From assembly GCA_023231475.1 (NCBI GenBank), contig JALJEE010000987.1, positions 1 to 64,000 of the forward strand: DNA of 64,000 bases, written 5' to 3'. Position 1 is the first letter of the stretch. Every line of letters starts with the position of its first letter. This DNA comes from Seison nebaliae. Taxonomy: Eukaryota. The translations under genes were made by a program, and so were the position numbers. Shown here in pieces: positions 27,027-40,420 of this stretch. The notes beneath the pieces were generated by a model. That model was given only the letters and a program-made list of their open reading frames with translations, did no database searches and had not been told where the DNA came from.

Positions 27027-27967
27027 TCAACAAGAAGATGCAATAACATGAAAAAAATAATAAATTGTATCAAATGGATGATAAAGTGCTACTTTGGTGT
27101 TGCAATGAGTACAGGAAACAGAAAAATAGTTAGTTTCATTGGATTCAGTCAAAATGTTTTCTTCTCTGATAAAACTGTTCCTTCTTTGCTTCTTCCATTG
27201 AATCTTTTTCAATTCATTTTTTGATAATCCATTTAATTGTACCTCATCATCGTAATTTATTTTACAGGAACTTAATACAAATAATGCACGGAACTGATTC
27301 TTATACATTTCATGTCTGCATATTAAAACGTTAATGGTAATAGTTTTTGAAAAAAAATAAGTACTAACTCTTGAGAAATAAGGCAAAGTAAAGTGGTACA
27401 ACATGGACAACTCAATCGTGCATCAGTTGGTAATTCCCCAACAATTGCAAGTTGCTCCTTAACCTCTTCTTCTAATTCTTTACTTAATCCATCAAATAAT
27501 TGAGACACTCGAAATTTTTGGGATTCCATCCATTTACCCGTTTTATCATCTTCTAAAGGATCATAGAACAAATCTAATTGTCCTTCATCTACTATTTCGT
27601 CCGTTTCGTTCACGTCATCTATTTCATTCGATGTTTCACCAACATTTTCTTCCTCAACTTCAACATCTTCATTTCCTGGGAACATAATTCTTTCTCTATT
27701 TGTTTTACGATTATGGCAAATTGAATCCATTTCATTTTCAAATAATTCGACTTTCCGTTTAATCAGTTCGTCGACTTCTTCGAAATCATTTGACTCAATC
27801 TCTTGTCTGATATATCGATTTTTTTGGAGTTCTGTTGCATTAACATAATCGCCATGACATTTCCGAAATAAGTTTTTCAGTTCATTCAAATGTTCTTTAG
27901 TTTCATATTGTGAATAATCTGAACATTTTGACTGGTTCGTTTCATCAACATTATCCATCGTTTCCAT
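27027..27967 (-). CDS. EAPP: E2F-associated phosphoprotein; 2 exons
   Basis: LFYDPLEDD..W, TDARLSCPCCTTLLCL, HEMYKNQFRALFV, VSCTHCNTKVA and YYFFHVIAS; one GTTAG...CAG intron. Confidence 0.9.
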
Positions 27968-28699
27968 TTTTTATTAGAAAAATAAATCAAATATATTCAT
28001 TGTTTTGGAAATAGAACATCTATTAACTTTTTCCCAAGACATTTATTGTTTAATTATACGGCTTACGTGACTTTTATTTAATTTAATTTAACGAAATTAA
28101 ACTTTCACTTAATATGATACAAATATAATTTTATAAAGGCAATTCATAGAGGTTGAACTACGAAGATTATTTGATAATCGGGTGTTTTATTGAATGTAAT
28201 CTGTCGACTATTTATAATAATCATTAATTATTTAATTTGGAGCATCCTACAGTTTTTAAAAGATTATTGCTGACGATCGATCATACCAATCCTACGATGT
28301 TATTTTTAGACTTTAGAACTTTTTAAGTTGTAAAGAAATAATTTGTCTAAATAAAACAAGACAATTATGAAACATTTTTGAAGTAAGGTTTTTTTATACG
28401 TAAGAAGTTAATATATATATATATGTAAGTTAATACGTAAGAAGTTAACTTCCCTTACTAATCCTTGTTGTCTTGACGATTTGTTTCTTTATTTTTATGT
28501 TTTTTATGAAGCATTAACTGACTGAGGTATAATTTCTCTTTTGTATGTAGAAATATGTGAATAGTATTGTTATCCAAAAAATTTATTATTGCAATAATAA
28601 ATTTTTATTAGATATTTCTACATAAATTAGATATTTCCATTATACATTGAAGATTTGGAAGAGAGTTGATTTATTTAAACTTTCTCACTATCATCAATC

Positions 28700-30982
28700 A
28701 TGCAAAGAAATGTTCGATTGGCAACTGTTACTTTGAATCAATTGGTGTTAGATTTCAAGGGAAACTATGAAAGAATACGCGATTCAATTTTAGAAGCTTT
28801 TTATATTCATCATGCTGATTATCGAGTTGGTCCGGAATTAGAAGTATCAGGATATAACTGTCAAGATCATTTTCTGGAACGAGATACGGTGATACATTCT
28901 TGGGAATGTCTCATACAATTGATGGAAGATACGAAACATCTTCCTATTATCTGTGATGTTGGAATGCCAGTTGAACACAAAAGTGTATTGTACAACTGTC
29001 GAATAATTTTTCGTCGAGGTATCATCTTATTCATTCGACCCAAAAGATATTTATGTGACGAAGGAAATTATCGAGAAACGCGTTGGTTTGCTTCATGGAA
29101 AAAACATGGAATTATGGAAACATTTCGTTTACCTTCCCAATTTGCTACAATTATTGGTCAGGAGGAATGTCAAATTGGCGATGTCATTATACAGTTCAAA
29201 GATACAACAATTGGATTCGAAATTTGTGAGGAATTGTGGGCTCCACGACCATCTCATCAAACTTATTTCATTAGGGGAGCTGAAATCGTTTTCAATTCCA
29301 GTGGTTCACATCATGAATTGAGGAAACATGATATTCGTGAACAATTGATACGAACAGCTACAAAGAATTGTGGTGGTGTTTATGTTTATTCGAATTTGAG
29401 AGGTTGTGATGGTGAACGAGTATGGTATGATGGAGGATCTTTTATAACAATGAATGGGAGAATATTGAGTCGAGGAGAACAATTCTCTTTGATGGAAGTT
29501 GAAGTTGTTTCAACCGAAATTGATTTAAATGATATAATTGTTTATCGTTCAACAAAACGATCTTTCCATCAACAAAATAGTGAAGAAGATAATATTCAAT
29601 TGTCTATTCTCAAAATCGAACAATTTTTCCATGAGACAATTGATTGGTCATCATTTAAATTGCCTAAATTATTTGAGAAACTTTCACTAATAGAAGTCGA
29701 TCAATTCATTAACAATTCCAATAATCAATCGATATCACAGGAGATTGCAAAATATTCTGTCGAAGAAGAAATTGAATATGCACCAGCTCAATTTTTGTGG
29801 GATTTCTTACGACGAAGTAATCAAGCTGGTTTTCTTTTACCGTTATCTGGTGGTGTTGATTCATCATCTACCGCTACATTAGTTTATTCGATGTGTCGTT
29901 TAATATTCCAACACTTAAATGGAAGTGAATCATTCAATAAGAATATTCAAAAGGAAATGTTAGAAATTAATCGACGAAAAGTTGTGGAGGATTTAAAGAA
30001 AAGTTTCTTCAAATCCAGTAAAGGAAATGATGAATCTACATTTCCAATATTATCATCCGAACAATTGTGTCATAATTTACTAGTTACAGTTTACATGGGA
30101 AAAATTGGTCATTCCAGTATGGAGACAAGAAAACGAGCAGAAACTCTCTCTAACTCAATTGGATCGACATTTCTTCAATTAGATATTGATCAAACGTTCA
30201 ATGCTCTCAAATCAACGGTAGCTGATACTTTGTCCATTGAACCGAAATTTGATGGTAATTCGACGGAACAATTATCTCTCCAAAATATGCAAGCGAGACT
30301 TCGAATGGTATTTGCATATTCGTTGGCGCAACTACAGTTGTTTTCTCAGGAGAAAATTGGTTCACGTTTAGTTCTTGGTTCGTCAAATGTTGAGGAATGT
30401 CTAAGGGGATACATGACAAAATATGACTGTTCATCTGCTGATGTCAATCCTATAGGTGGCATATGTAAAGCTGATCTCAAATCTTTTCTTCTCAAAATGA
30501 CCGACAAATATGAAAATTTGTCAATTCTGAAGGAAATAGTTGAAGCAACACCAACTGCTGAATTGTTGCCATTATCAAACGACGACAATTTGGTTCAAAC
30601 AGATGAAGATGAAATGGGACTGTCTTATGAAGAATTGAATCAATTTGCTCGTCTTAGACGTCAATGGCTATGTGGTCCGGTATCGATGTTTGAAAAGATG
30701 AAATCGAAAGAAATGAAATTAATCAATCAAGTTCCAATGAAACAGATTAGAAGTCGAGTCATAAGTTGGAGTGAAAAAGTCAAAAGATTTTTCTATTATT
30801 ATTCGATAAATCGACATAAAATGACGATAATGACACCTTCTTATCACGCAGAATCTTATTCGGCCGACGATAATCGATTTGATCAACGACCATTTCTATA
30901 TCCATCTGAATGGCATTGGCAGTTTAGAGATATTGATATTATCCTCTCCAAATTCTTAAACGAAACCGAAATATTGAAATAA
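28700..30982 (+). CDS. NADSYN1: Glutamine-dependent NAD+ synthetase; single ORF
   Basis: Nitrilase domain (GPELE, EICEELW) and synthetase domain (PLSGGVDSSS, QNMQARLRM, TKYDCSSAD). Confidence 0.96.
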   Translation: MQRNVRLATVTLNQLVLDFKGNYERIRDSILEAFYIHHADYRVGPELEVSGYNCQDHFLERDTVIHSWECLIQLMEDTKHLPIICDVGMPVEHKSVLYNCRIIFRRGIILFIRPKRYLCDEGNYRETRWFASWKKHGIMETFRLPSQFATIIGQEECQIGDVIIQFKDTTIGFEICEELWAPRPSHQTYFIRGAEIVFNSSGSHHELRKHDIREQLIRTATKNCGGVYVYSNLRGCDGERVWYDGGSFITMNGRILSRGEQFSLMEVEVVSTEIDLNDIIVYRSTKRSFHQQNSEEDNIQLSILKIEQFFHETIDWSSFKLPKLFEKLSLIEVDQFINNSNNQSISQEIAKYSVEEEIEYAPAQFLWDFLRRSNQAGFLLPLSGGVDSSSTATLVYSMCRLIFQHLNGSESFNKNIQKEMLEINRRKVVEDLKKSFFKSSKGNDESTFPILSSEQLCHNLLVTVYMGKIGHSSMETRKRAETLSNSIGSTFLQLDIDQTFNALKSTVADTLSIEPKFDGNSTEQLSLQNMQARLRMVFAYSLAQLQLFSQEKIGSRLVLGSSNVEECLRGYMTKYDCSSADVNPIGGICKADLKSFLLKMTDKYENLSILKEIVEATPTAELLPLSNDDNLVQTDEDEMGLSYEELNQFARLRRQWLCGPVSMFEKMKSKEMKLINQVPMKQIRSRVISWSEKVKRFFYYYSINRHKMTIMTPSYHAESYSADDNRFDQRPFLYPSEWHWQFRDIDIILSKFLNETEILK

Positions 30983-31569
30983 TAATGTAGAATTTTTCTT
31001 TACGATATCTTATTATTATTGAAATCAATTATATTTATATATATTCATCCCTCGTTCTCCATTCCTAAATGTGGTCTTTGTGGTAATTTCGTAATATCTT
31101 GTCTGTCTTATTGATATTCAAACTTCGTAAATTATCTTAAATATCTACTTGTCCATTAACAGTTTACTTTTTTAACGAAAAATTATAATTCTTTAAATAA
31201 AATATTTGTAGGATTTCTTTTTACATTTTATTCTTGCATTCGATCATCGAATCCTTGTATCATGAAGTGATATTTCCAGTTTCATAATTTTGAATTCTTC
31301 TTTATGAATAGCATTCTTTAAAGTGTTTTACGTTAGAGTATATCTAAATCTATAACGTAATATGGGAAGTTTCGATAATTATTAACCGACAAGTGGAAGG
31401 AAAATAATTGTTCGCTAAACTAGGCTTCAGAGAATAGATTTTGAGATATCATATTTTATTGTTTAATATTTTAAATATTATAAATTAAAAAAATAAAAAA
31501 AAATATTAAAAATTTACTTTTCAGATTTTAATCTTGTCAAACGATAATATCTGTTGTTGAATTCTTCCT

Positions 31570-33195
31570 TTAACGTTTCTTTAATGCTTTTGTCATACTT
31601 GAGAATATATTATCCGTAGTAATACTCGTAGTAAGTCCCTTCTTTTGTAAATGGTCCTCTAACATTTGTTGTCGACATAGTTCTCGGCTAGTTGCAACGT
31701 TGTTGATCATATCTTGTTTTTGAAGGTTCAGGAAATGTTTATCTTCCATTAATACTTGATATTCTTCAATAAAAAGCAATATTATAAATAAAATTATTTA
31801 AGAATGTTAACTTGATCCTGTATCAAGGTTAGACATTTCGTTAGTGGCTTCAATTTCATTGGAGTAAATTTTCAAGAATTTGCTGCCATCCATTTTCCGA
31901 TATTTGATTTGTGCTTGATATGGTATCTTCTTTTCCTTCCATTTAAGAATATTATCATTGCTTGTATCTTTTATCCGAATTTCGAATGTTTCTTGCACAT
32001 TTGTTACGACATTACCTTGTTCAACAATTCGAATGTTTTCTTCTTCGTTCGTTGCATCTATGACTTGGAAACCTTTTGGCATTCTAAAAGTAGTTTCTAC
32101 ATTCGACGCTATTTGTTCTATTTTTAACATTTCGGCAAAATCATTTGAATCAGTTTGAGGGTCAAATAACCGAACGTCTCCTTCGGTTAATAAAGCAACA
32201 TGGCCCAAATCTTTCAAATTGCAATCACAATTTTTTACAGACATTAGATCAATTATAACTCCACATTCTTTAGCCAATTGACCTAATTCATGATAAAATT
32301 TTTTATCACCACTATTTCCGAAGCCTACATTAGCCTGTCCATCAGTCAACATAACAACACGAGAACCCGGTGTCCGTGACGCATAACGAACTGCTGAATA
32401 GAGAGCAGGACCCAATGCAGTACAACCAGCGGTACGAAGAGAAGTGACAGATCTTGTTATTTGTCCATAACAATTCTTTATGGGTAGTGGTTGAATGAAA
32501 TCGGTTGCAAAGTCGGTCCATTCATTTTTCTCCGATAAACAACCGGCCTTCTCCACTTTTGCTTTCGATGAAAAATCTCCATAACATTTTACATTCGTTT
32601 CAAATGTTATCAACGACAACTTGTTCTCCGGAAAATTTTCTTTTTGGAAATTGATAGCTTTCAATGTCATATTTTTTACCGCATCTAAGACAGTGAAAAT
32701 TTGAACTCGATTGTAAAAAGCTCTTAATGCCACCTTTTTAACAGAATTCCACCAATTTTCTTTCATTTCCTTTACTTGAGCACCCATACTGCCACTAATA
32801 TCAATAACAAACACAACCATGACTGGATGTTCAGTTTTATTATCACCTGATTCGTCGGTCTGCGATTTAACTAAATTTTCATTTTTTACGATTTTTCCTT
32901 CTTCCAATTGATAAGACATGCAACCATCACTAGCCACGATATTTTCTATTTGATTATTGGACAAATGGGTAATGTCGTTAACATAAGAACAAAATTCGCA
33001 AGTCCATTTTCTTCCATTTACTTCTGTTATATTTTTTTGTGATAAGATTGAAAAAACCGCACCGCAATTACATCGAATGATCTCATCTGTTATTATGTCA
33101 CTTTTTTTCGAGAGATCATCATAATCTAGTTGAATCAATTGTAATGTACTTTTCGACTCCTTCCCAATATATAGGTTTTCTCTACCCGCCTTCAT
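31570..33195 (-). CDS. Sec23/24-like Zn finger + vWA domain protein (CPRas-like vWA module); 2 exons
   Basis: RCNCGA...WTCEFC Zn finger; VVFVIDISGSM MIDAS, TALGPAL and MLTDGQANVG motifs; intron 31764-31811. Confidence 0.8.
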
Positions 33196-33719
33196 TATTT
33201 ATTCTAATCAAGTAATTTTCTTATAAAATAAATAAACATGGAAAAGTTATAAATTAATATTTAGAATTTTACATTTGTAAAACTGAATAATAAATTGCAA
33301 TAATATGGTTAGCTTAATATTTTTCATCTTTTCCAAAACATGAACGATAAATAGTTATTTTGAAAAATTGTTAATGGAAACTATAATATCCTCCAGCAAC
33401 CAAAAGGAATTTATAAGAAATTATTTTTTTTCACAATCTTGTTTCACAATTTTATTACATAATTATGTTTCATAATTTTATTATGACTAATCAGTAATAT
33501 TTCTCATAATATATAGGAATTCTAATAAAATTGTGAAGAAACATTCAAGCTTCATTTTTCATCACTTCAATGAAATACTAGAATAGTTCTAATACTGTTC
33601 ATCAATTGTGCATCATTCCACCTTAATAATAACAGAATTATTTAAAGGGAATAATACAATTAGCTGGAGTTGCAGTAGAACCTGGATTATAAGAGAATGT
33701 TAAATATTTGAAATCATGC

Positions 33720-33902
33720 AGAGATTGCGGAATTGCTCTGTTAATGCATGAAATATTTTAATTTTTTCAAATTTTTTTGCACTATCTTTAAGAGCTTGAA
33801 TAGGGCTATTTCCATCTTAACAAAAAATACTTCATAGAACAGAAGTTATGACCTGTTTTATAAAAACGTAAAAGTGTCCGATTACTTTAAGTTTCTACTG
33901 TA
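33720..33902. mobile_element. Tc1/mariner-type element end (remnant)
   Basis: Ends GTCCGATTACTTTAAGTTTCTACTG|TA, a typical Tc1 terminus with TA target. The same core GTCCGATTACTTT occurs at 57447-57459. Left boundary approximate. Confidence 0.55.
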
Positions 33903-34174
33903 TACCAATGTTTTTCGGTAGTAAACTATAGGAAAAAGAATATTATAAACTGCGTTTCAAAACTTTAGAACCTATCGAAATACATGTATAACGAATAAAT
34001 TTTAAATAAGCGTGTCATATCTTTAGAAACTGCAAGATTAAATAGCAGAAAACTATGTAAAATTTAGTTTACAATGATAAAATTTCAATTTAACAATTTG
34101 TTAAATCTAAATATTTCGACCTACGCTATTATTTATATTTTGCAATCACATACTATAGCTAATCACATTTTATT

Positions 34175-34237
34175 ATGGGGAAAGCAAAAACATTGTCGGA
34201 GTTCGAAAAAGGACAGATAACGGCTTTATTGTCTTGA
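34175..34237 (+). pseudogene. Truncated N-terminus of a Tc1/Tc3-like transposase
   Basis: Encodes MGKAKTLSEFEKGQITALLS*, resembling the MGxxKxLSxFEKGQI start of the Tc1 paired-HTH domain. Confidence 0.6.
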
Positions 34238-35158
34238 TGATTTATTATTATGATGATTTATTAGTGATCAATGAAGTATTTACCATTATATTTATCATTA
34301 TTTACTTACCATTGTTAAAACAGCTACAACCTATATGGTTTTTCAGAAACCAGCATCAAAATGTATGAATAAGAATAATTATTTAAAAGTATGATATATT
34401 ATTTTAATAAACCATTCTTTTTGTTTTGAATTAAAAAGATCAAGTCGGCTAGAGATAAATTAAAACAAAAAGGAACCAGAAATAAGAATTTTATTCAATA
34501 ATAAAAAAGACTTTTTTTGAAAATTCTTTTCCCACTTAAATGGACAAATTACTACTGGAGTAATATATCAGCAGAAAAATTATTTTACAGGAGAAAATAA
34601 TATTATTTGAAATGAAATACTTTAATGATAATATAAAAAGATATCAAAGATCAAAGAAATCCAAAAAAAGGAATATTTTGGCGTTTTGGGAAATCTGCTA
34701 GATCTGACAGAGATTAAAAACGATTTTGATAAATAACCAATTTTTTTCCAAATAATGATAATTTCATCTATTCGATTACAAATAATCGGCAAATTGTATA
34801 TACTTACAATATCAAATACTATTTACATCACTAGAACGATTAGTTACGATATCAGCAATGCGAATTGCTGAGTTCTTTAATTGATTGCGAGAGTAGCGAA
34901 AAATGTCGAATTTTCAGATATTGTCTATGTCAAAAAATTTCCAAAGATTAGGTTATGGAATAAGTACCTGAAGACTGGGAACTTGTTTTTTTTAACAATA
35001 TGATAATTAGGATAAAAAGAACTGATTTTGATTAGACAAATTTTAATTAAATATTTTTAAAAAATTTATTAGTTAAAAACTATAATTGTAATTGAGATGG
35101 TTGTGTGTTGGTAAGGACTGAGATTAACTCAATGTTGTCATAGTTTAAGAAAAGAACT

Positions 35159-37623
35159 TTAGGATAACAAATAATCTGATTCATTTTCATACATTCGATC
35201 CAATCGTCTTTGACATTTAGGGCAATGGAAAAACGAATTATTCATTTCATTATTCATCCAACATTCTTGATGATACACATTTCCGCAAGTTTGACAACGA
35301 TGAGTACCATCAGTAAATGGGTAAATTATCATATTGATGTTGCACAATTCGCAGACGAAACCTTTCAATCTACAAGTTTCACAATCTTTCAAAATATGAT
35401 TTTTTCCAATTTTCATGATTAAATTTAATTTTTCAACTATATCTTTTGCGTTTATTAAATCCATCAAAGAATACCAGGTGGAAGAATCAATATAATATTC
35501 TCTGTTTCCGAGAATTGTTTTTATCTGTTGAACAATCGATTCCTTCGCAGTAGAACATTTGGATAAATATTCCATAACTTGACAAAATTCTGTTCTTAAC
35601 TTATTCGATCTTTTAAATTCTCCCGATGCTACTGCAAGCATGCATTCATATTGCATGATATTTAAACATGGTCGTTCTAATAACAATTCAATGATATCCT
35701 TCGCATCGTTGCAAACAGGAAATTTATTGAAATCCCATAAATTCACAACATAAAGTGGAATGATTGAAGAATTTTGATGGTGACATTTATAACAGAAGAT
35801 TTCCTGATAATAATGACATATAAACTTATTTCCAAATCCATCAATCTTTGCTTTACATTGGAAGCAAGATGTGACATCTTTCCATTTCATTTCCTTTTCA
35901 TGAATCGAAAGTTGCACCATGTAACCTAACAAATTATCACCATTTTGCTCAGAAGAATCCGGACAAAATAATTTCTTTCTAATCGGGAAACAATTACCAC
36001 ATGTCTCGATAGAAACGGAAATTGTATCATCGGAATCATTTCCCGTTTCTGATGATCGAACAGGATTCAATTCAATAAAAACTTCTTTTTTTATCGGATT
36101 TATTAGAGATTGCGTTATTAAAAATTTACAAATTTTTCCTGCTTCATGTGAAGTAGAAAAAGATGAAATGGGAGGTATTGTTCTCGGGTTTACCAAAATA
36201 TTCTTCGTACCCAATGTCGCCAATCTCATTTTATTCTCATTATTGTAAATTTCTTTCGAATATTCAGAAACATCATCTAACGTACTCTCATCACTGTAAC
36301 TTGTAGATAATTCGTTCACATCTTTGCCATTCAAGTTGATTTTATTAACATTTGATAAAACATTTTCATTCAAACTCCCTGTAATTTCTTCAAAAGATGA
36401 AAGAGCAATCTGACGATTTCTGTAATCTTCAAAAGAATTTGGTGATTTCCCAATATGCTTTTTTTCTTCTTCATTTTTGATGAAATTTTCGATTGTTTCT
36501 TCTTCTTCTATTAATTCTTCTTTACCTTGTTCCACGTCCACTAAACATCCTTTATTATCCATTAAATTTTCATTAGATTTGTCATCTTCCACCAATTCTT
36601 CAATTTCTCGCTCATGTTCTTTTAAATTTTCTTTTTCTTCAAATAATGTACAACTTTCTTCACATTTTTCTTCCATGTCAGAAGAATGACGGACAATTAT
36701 TCTTGTCATAAATTCATCAATTGCTGGATCACATTCTACAACAGTTTCCGACAACTGTTTCTCCGTTTTTGTAAGAACTTCATTTTGATTTGGAAGAGTT
36801 CGTTCCATTTCAGAGTATTCTATTGACATCGAATCTAATTTTGTTGGTTTATTTAACGAATTTAAAATTTCAATAATGTTATTCGGCCAATTAACATCAA
36901 GTTGTTTTTGTACATTTAATTGGAAATTAGGTAATTCGAATTCTTAAATATAGGGCAAGAATGAAAAAAATAGTTATAAATTTCGATAACTTTTTGCTTC
37001 TTTACAGAATTGAGCCCAATAGATTGGATGACGTAAATAAGCTTCCGAGGTATAGAACAAAGTGATAATTGGCTCCAATCGATTAATAGAAATATGTTGA
37101 AGCGCAAATGATAATTCTTTCTGGTTCAACATGTAATATATCCAAAGCTGATAGTTGTGATCTTTAAGAATGAAGTAGCAAATCAAAAAACTTTAGATTG
37201 AACGATTGACCGATCTGTATTATCGATAAAATGCTTCCCCAAACTTTCGATCTCTTTCAACATACTGTGATGAGTAAATTGTCTAATAAAATCATAAAAC
37301 GATAATCGAGACTGCAATTAATTTCTCAAATTGCTTATTGGATAATTTGAAGAAATAAACTTTCAGTTCAGATTCATCAATTCGACTCCAAAGTAAATTT
37401 TTCAGTTGATACGAAATAGGAATGTTCAATCCATGAAGGAAAACAACATAGAGAAATTGTACAACTTCATTCTTATCTTCTTCCCTTCAAATATTTCGTT
37501 CATTTTATTGCCAATAATAATAATTATTTAAATTCAACTCAACAATAATTTAAACTTTTTGATTAAATGAGAATCTTTCAAACGCTTTAACCGTTTAATC
37601 AATCGCTTATGAAAATTCTCCAT
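35159..37623 (-). CDS. PLEKHM1: PLEKHM1-like protein: N-terminal RUN domain + C-terminal Rubicon-homology (zf-RING_9) domain; 4 exons
   Basis: Spliced N-terminus has RUN motifs LYVVFLHGL, FYDFIRQFTHH, LWIYYMLN and FYTSEAYLR. C-terminus has CHYYQEIFCYKCH, IIPLYVVNLWDF, KGFVCELC, IIYPF and CPKC. Three GTT introns. Confidence 0.8.
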
Positions 37624-38353
37624 TATGTTCTGTGTCACTGTTGAATAATTTAATTATATTATATAATATTGGTAAACGTGAAAAAATAGACAAAAACATA
37701 TTTCAAATATAGGATTCGACATTAGTGGTAAATATTCTAAATTCTTAAGAAAGGTTCTTGTTAGAAAATAAACTAATTAAACAGATTCTTAATTTTGATT
37801 AACAGGCTCCATTGTTGAGTTTGCTTAAAATATTTTCGTACATTTCTAATTTGTAATATTATTGGAACGGTTATGTATATGATCTGATATTTTCAAACTT
37901 CCATATTATATAAGAAAGATTCATCATTTCTGTTTTTTTAATGATTTTTAAATTAAGGAAAAAATAATATATGTAATGTCGGAAAGAATTTGTCAGATAA
38001 TACTAAAAATATAACGAAATAGTGAACCTTATACAGGATATTTAATAAAGAATAATGATTTTGGAAATTAATTTTTCACACAAAATTTCTTCCATCATTC
38101 ATTTATTTCTCTTTAATCTTACAATGTTTTTTAAGAACCTTCTTAGTAAAACTTACATTAACTCTGAAAATTTTTTTTGGAGAAAAGGATCCCTCTCATT
38201 CCCTTTTTTCAACATTACTTTGCACTTTCTTTATATGTCGCTATCTTTTAATTCCATTTCTTTTCCCTTCTCTAATTACTTTTTTCAGTTTCAGTAAGTC
38301 ATCTCCATTACATTATAAATAATCGAACATTAAGACAAAAAAAATATTGACAA

Positions 38354-40168
38354 ATGTATTTGGAACACCAGAAACGTTGTGAAGTTTTCATTTAGAAATT
38401 AAATTTTTGAAAGTTTTTCATTTTTGTACTTTAAGGTTATTCTGAATGAAATCAGTGGAAGTGTCGAATTGAACGAAAATAATGGTGATATCATTTTCAC
38501 AAATGAAGAAGACGAAGAGGCATTCCAAAAAGTTCACGCCATTGATAAAGGTAAGAATCGGTCGTTGGAGAATGTGATTCGTCGAAAATTTCTCCGTATC
38601 TGTCAAGATTTGACTACTACTAACAGAAGAAGATTACTATTGAATTTGTGGAATATTTGTATTCGATGTGTTTATGATGGGATAGTTGGAGATGTGTTAC
38701 CTATAATTTTATTACATGATCTTTATTCATGTTCATCGCTCGATGATTGTGAAGAGATGTTTTTCCTATTAGAGAAATATTCGATTGTTTGGAAGAAACG
38801 TATAAATTTTTCTCATGTGCAGAATAACATTCTTCGGTTATGTAATGGTTGGTATTTTTTTGATTAAGCTTTAAGAAATTTAAGAAATTTTCAGATTTAT
38901 TGAAACAGTTTCATAAAATTGATAAAAATAATTTTTGTGGGAAAATTCAAATGTTTTTAGCGAATCTCTTCCCACTAAACGAACGGTCAGCACTCAATCC
39001 GATGGGAGCGATCAATGTTGAAAATGTGACGCATTACATTGAGAATGATAAAGAATTTGAAAAAGATATTCAAAGAGAAATCAATTTGAGAATGATGACA
39101 CATCGTGAGAGTGACAATAAAAATATTCCTTTTGGATTTTATATGAAATTTTGGTCGATTCAAAAATATTTCTATAATCCTCATCTCCTCAATAATCGAA
39201 GTAGTTGGTTGAAATTTGTGGACAGTATCAATGAAACGTTGCAAAAATTCCATATGACAAATGAAAAAAGGAACGAAAACGATAAACATTATCTCAATCA
39301 ACTTCAATTTAATATGAATAAATCCATCGATCTATTCAGATCAGAGAAGGATGTTGATTTTTTTTCGTCCAAATATCTGACTAGTGCCAGTTTATTAGCA
39401 CGTCAATTTGAGGATGTAACTTTTCAACGAAACCTTTTAATTCAATTCTTAATATTTTTCCAATATTTCCATAAACGGAATCGACATCAAACTAATATTC
39501 ATTTATGGAATGAACAACAACAATTCATAAATTCGATAACGAAACTAATAAAATTTACTTTGGAACATTCTTCAAATAATTTCAATTTAGTATTGACAAT
39601 TGATAATATTTTAGAACGTGAACAAATTTGGAATGAATGGAAATTGGGCGGATGTGTATCATTTCTTCGAAAAAAGAAAGAAAAGAAAAATGAGAATATG
39701 AAAAGGAAAAGAACGTTAGGTGAAGATGTTGAGCATCAGTTACAATTAAAATATACAAAATTGGGTAATGTTGAATTGGATCAATTGTGGAATTATCGAT
39801 CGGATAATCTATTGGCATGTCAAGCCACACCAGACAAGTTAATGCCAAACAATCGCGATTATTTTGAGGAAGCTATCATGCAATCTGATCCAAGTAGTGG
39901 AATAGAGAAAGAATATTTATTGATCAAACAACCTCAATGGGCATGGAAAGCTTTAAGATTGTTATCTTATTCTTTAGCGCCATATGTTACTGCCAACAAC
40001 AAAATGTTATCAGGCGAAGATAGTTTGAAACTTTATTGCGAAAAACAATTGAATGAAAAAACGAGTAACAAACAACAAAGTCGAACATTATCATTAAACA
40101 ATAATATTCCAACTCCAGTTCTTCCCATTTCTACTGCTCCTTCTAAAATAGTTAATGGTCAGAAATGA
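38354..40168 (+). CDS. THOC1: THO complex subunit 1; 3 exons
   Basis: ILRLCNDLL, FCGKIQMFLANLFPLNERSALN, FYMKFWSIQKYF, KYLTS and ILEREQIWNEWKLGGC; introns 38384-38435 and 38848-38894. Confidence 0.92.
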
Positions 40169-40420
40169 TATTTTATTCAATTTCTTTCTTGATTTATCAT
40201 GGAAATTAGATGTCCAAAATTTTTCATAATTAAAATTCAATATCTTTATTTACACATCTTCGTTACAACTAATTAGTGATGTCCAAATGGTAACAAAGAC
40301 GACGAGCTCTAAAACGATTTTATAGAGGAAGAGAAAAAAATCCAGACACTCGTTTTTGCCTCGTATACATACACTATTTGTTCTATTTTGACCAAAAACA
40401 GAATGGTCAGTAAGCGACAA

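Noticed and set aside
28700..30982. Horizontal transfer suggested by intronless metabolic genes (NADSYN1, MOCS3, GPCPD1)
   Set aside because: The proteins have eukaryote-type motifs and domain architecture and match the surrounding base composition. Intron loss is the simpler explanation.
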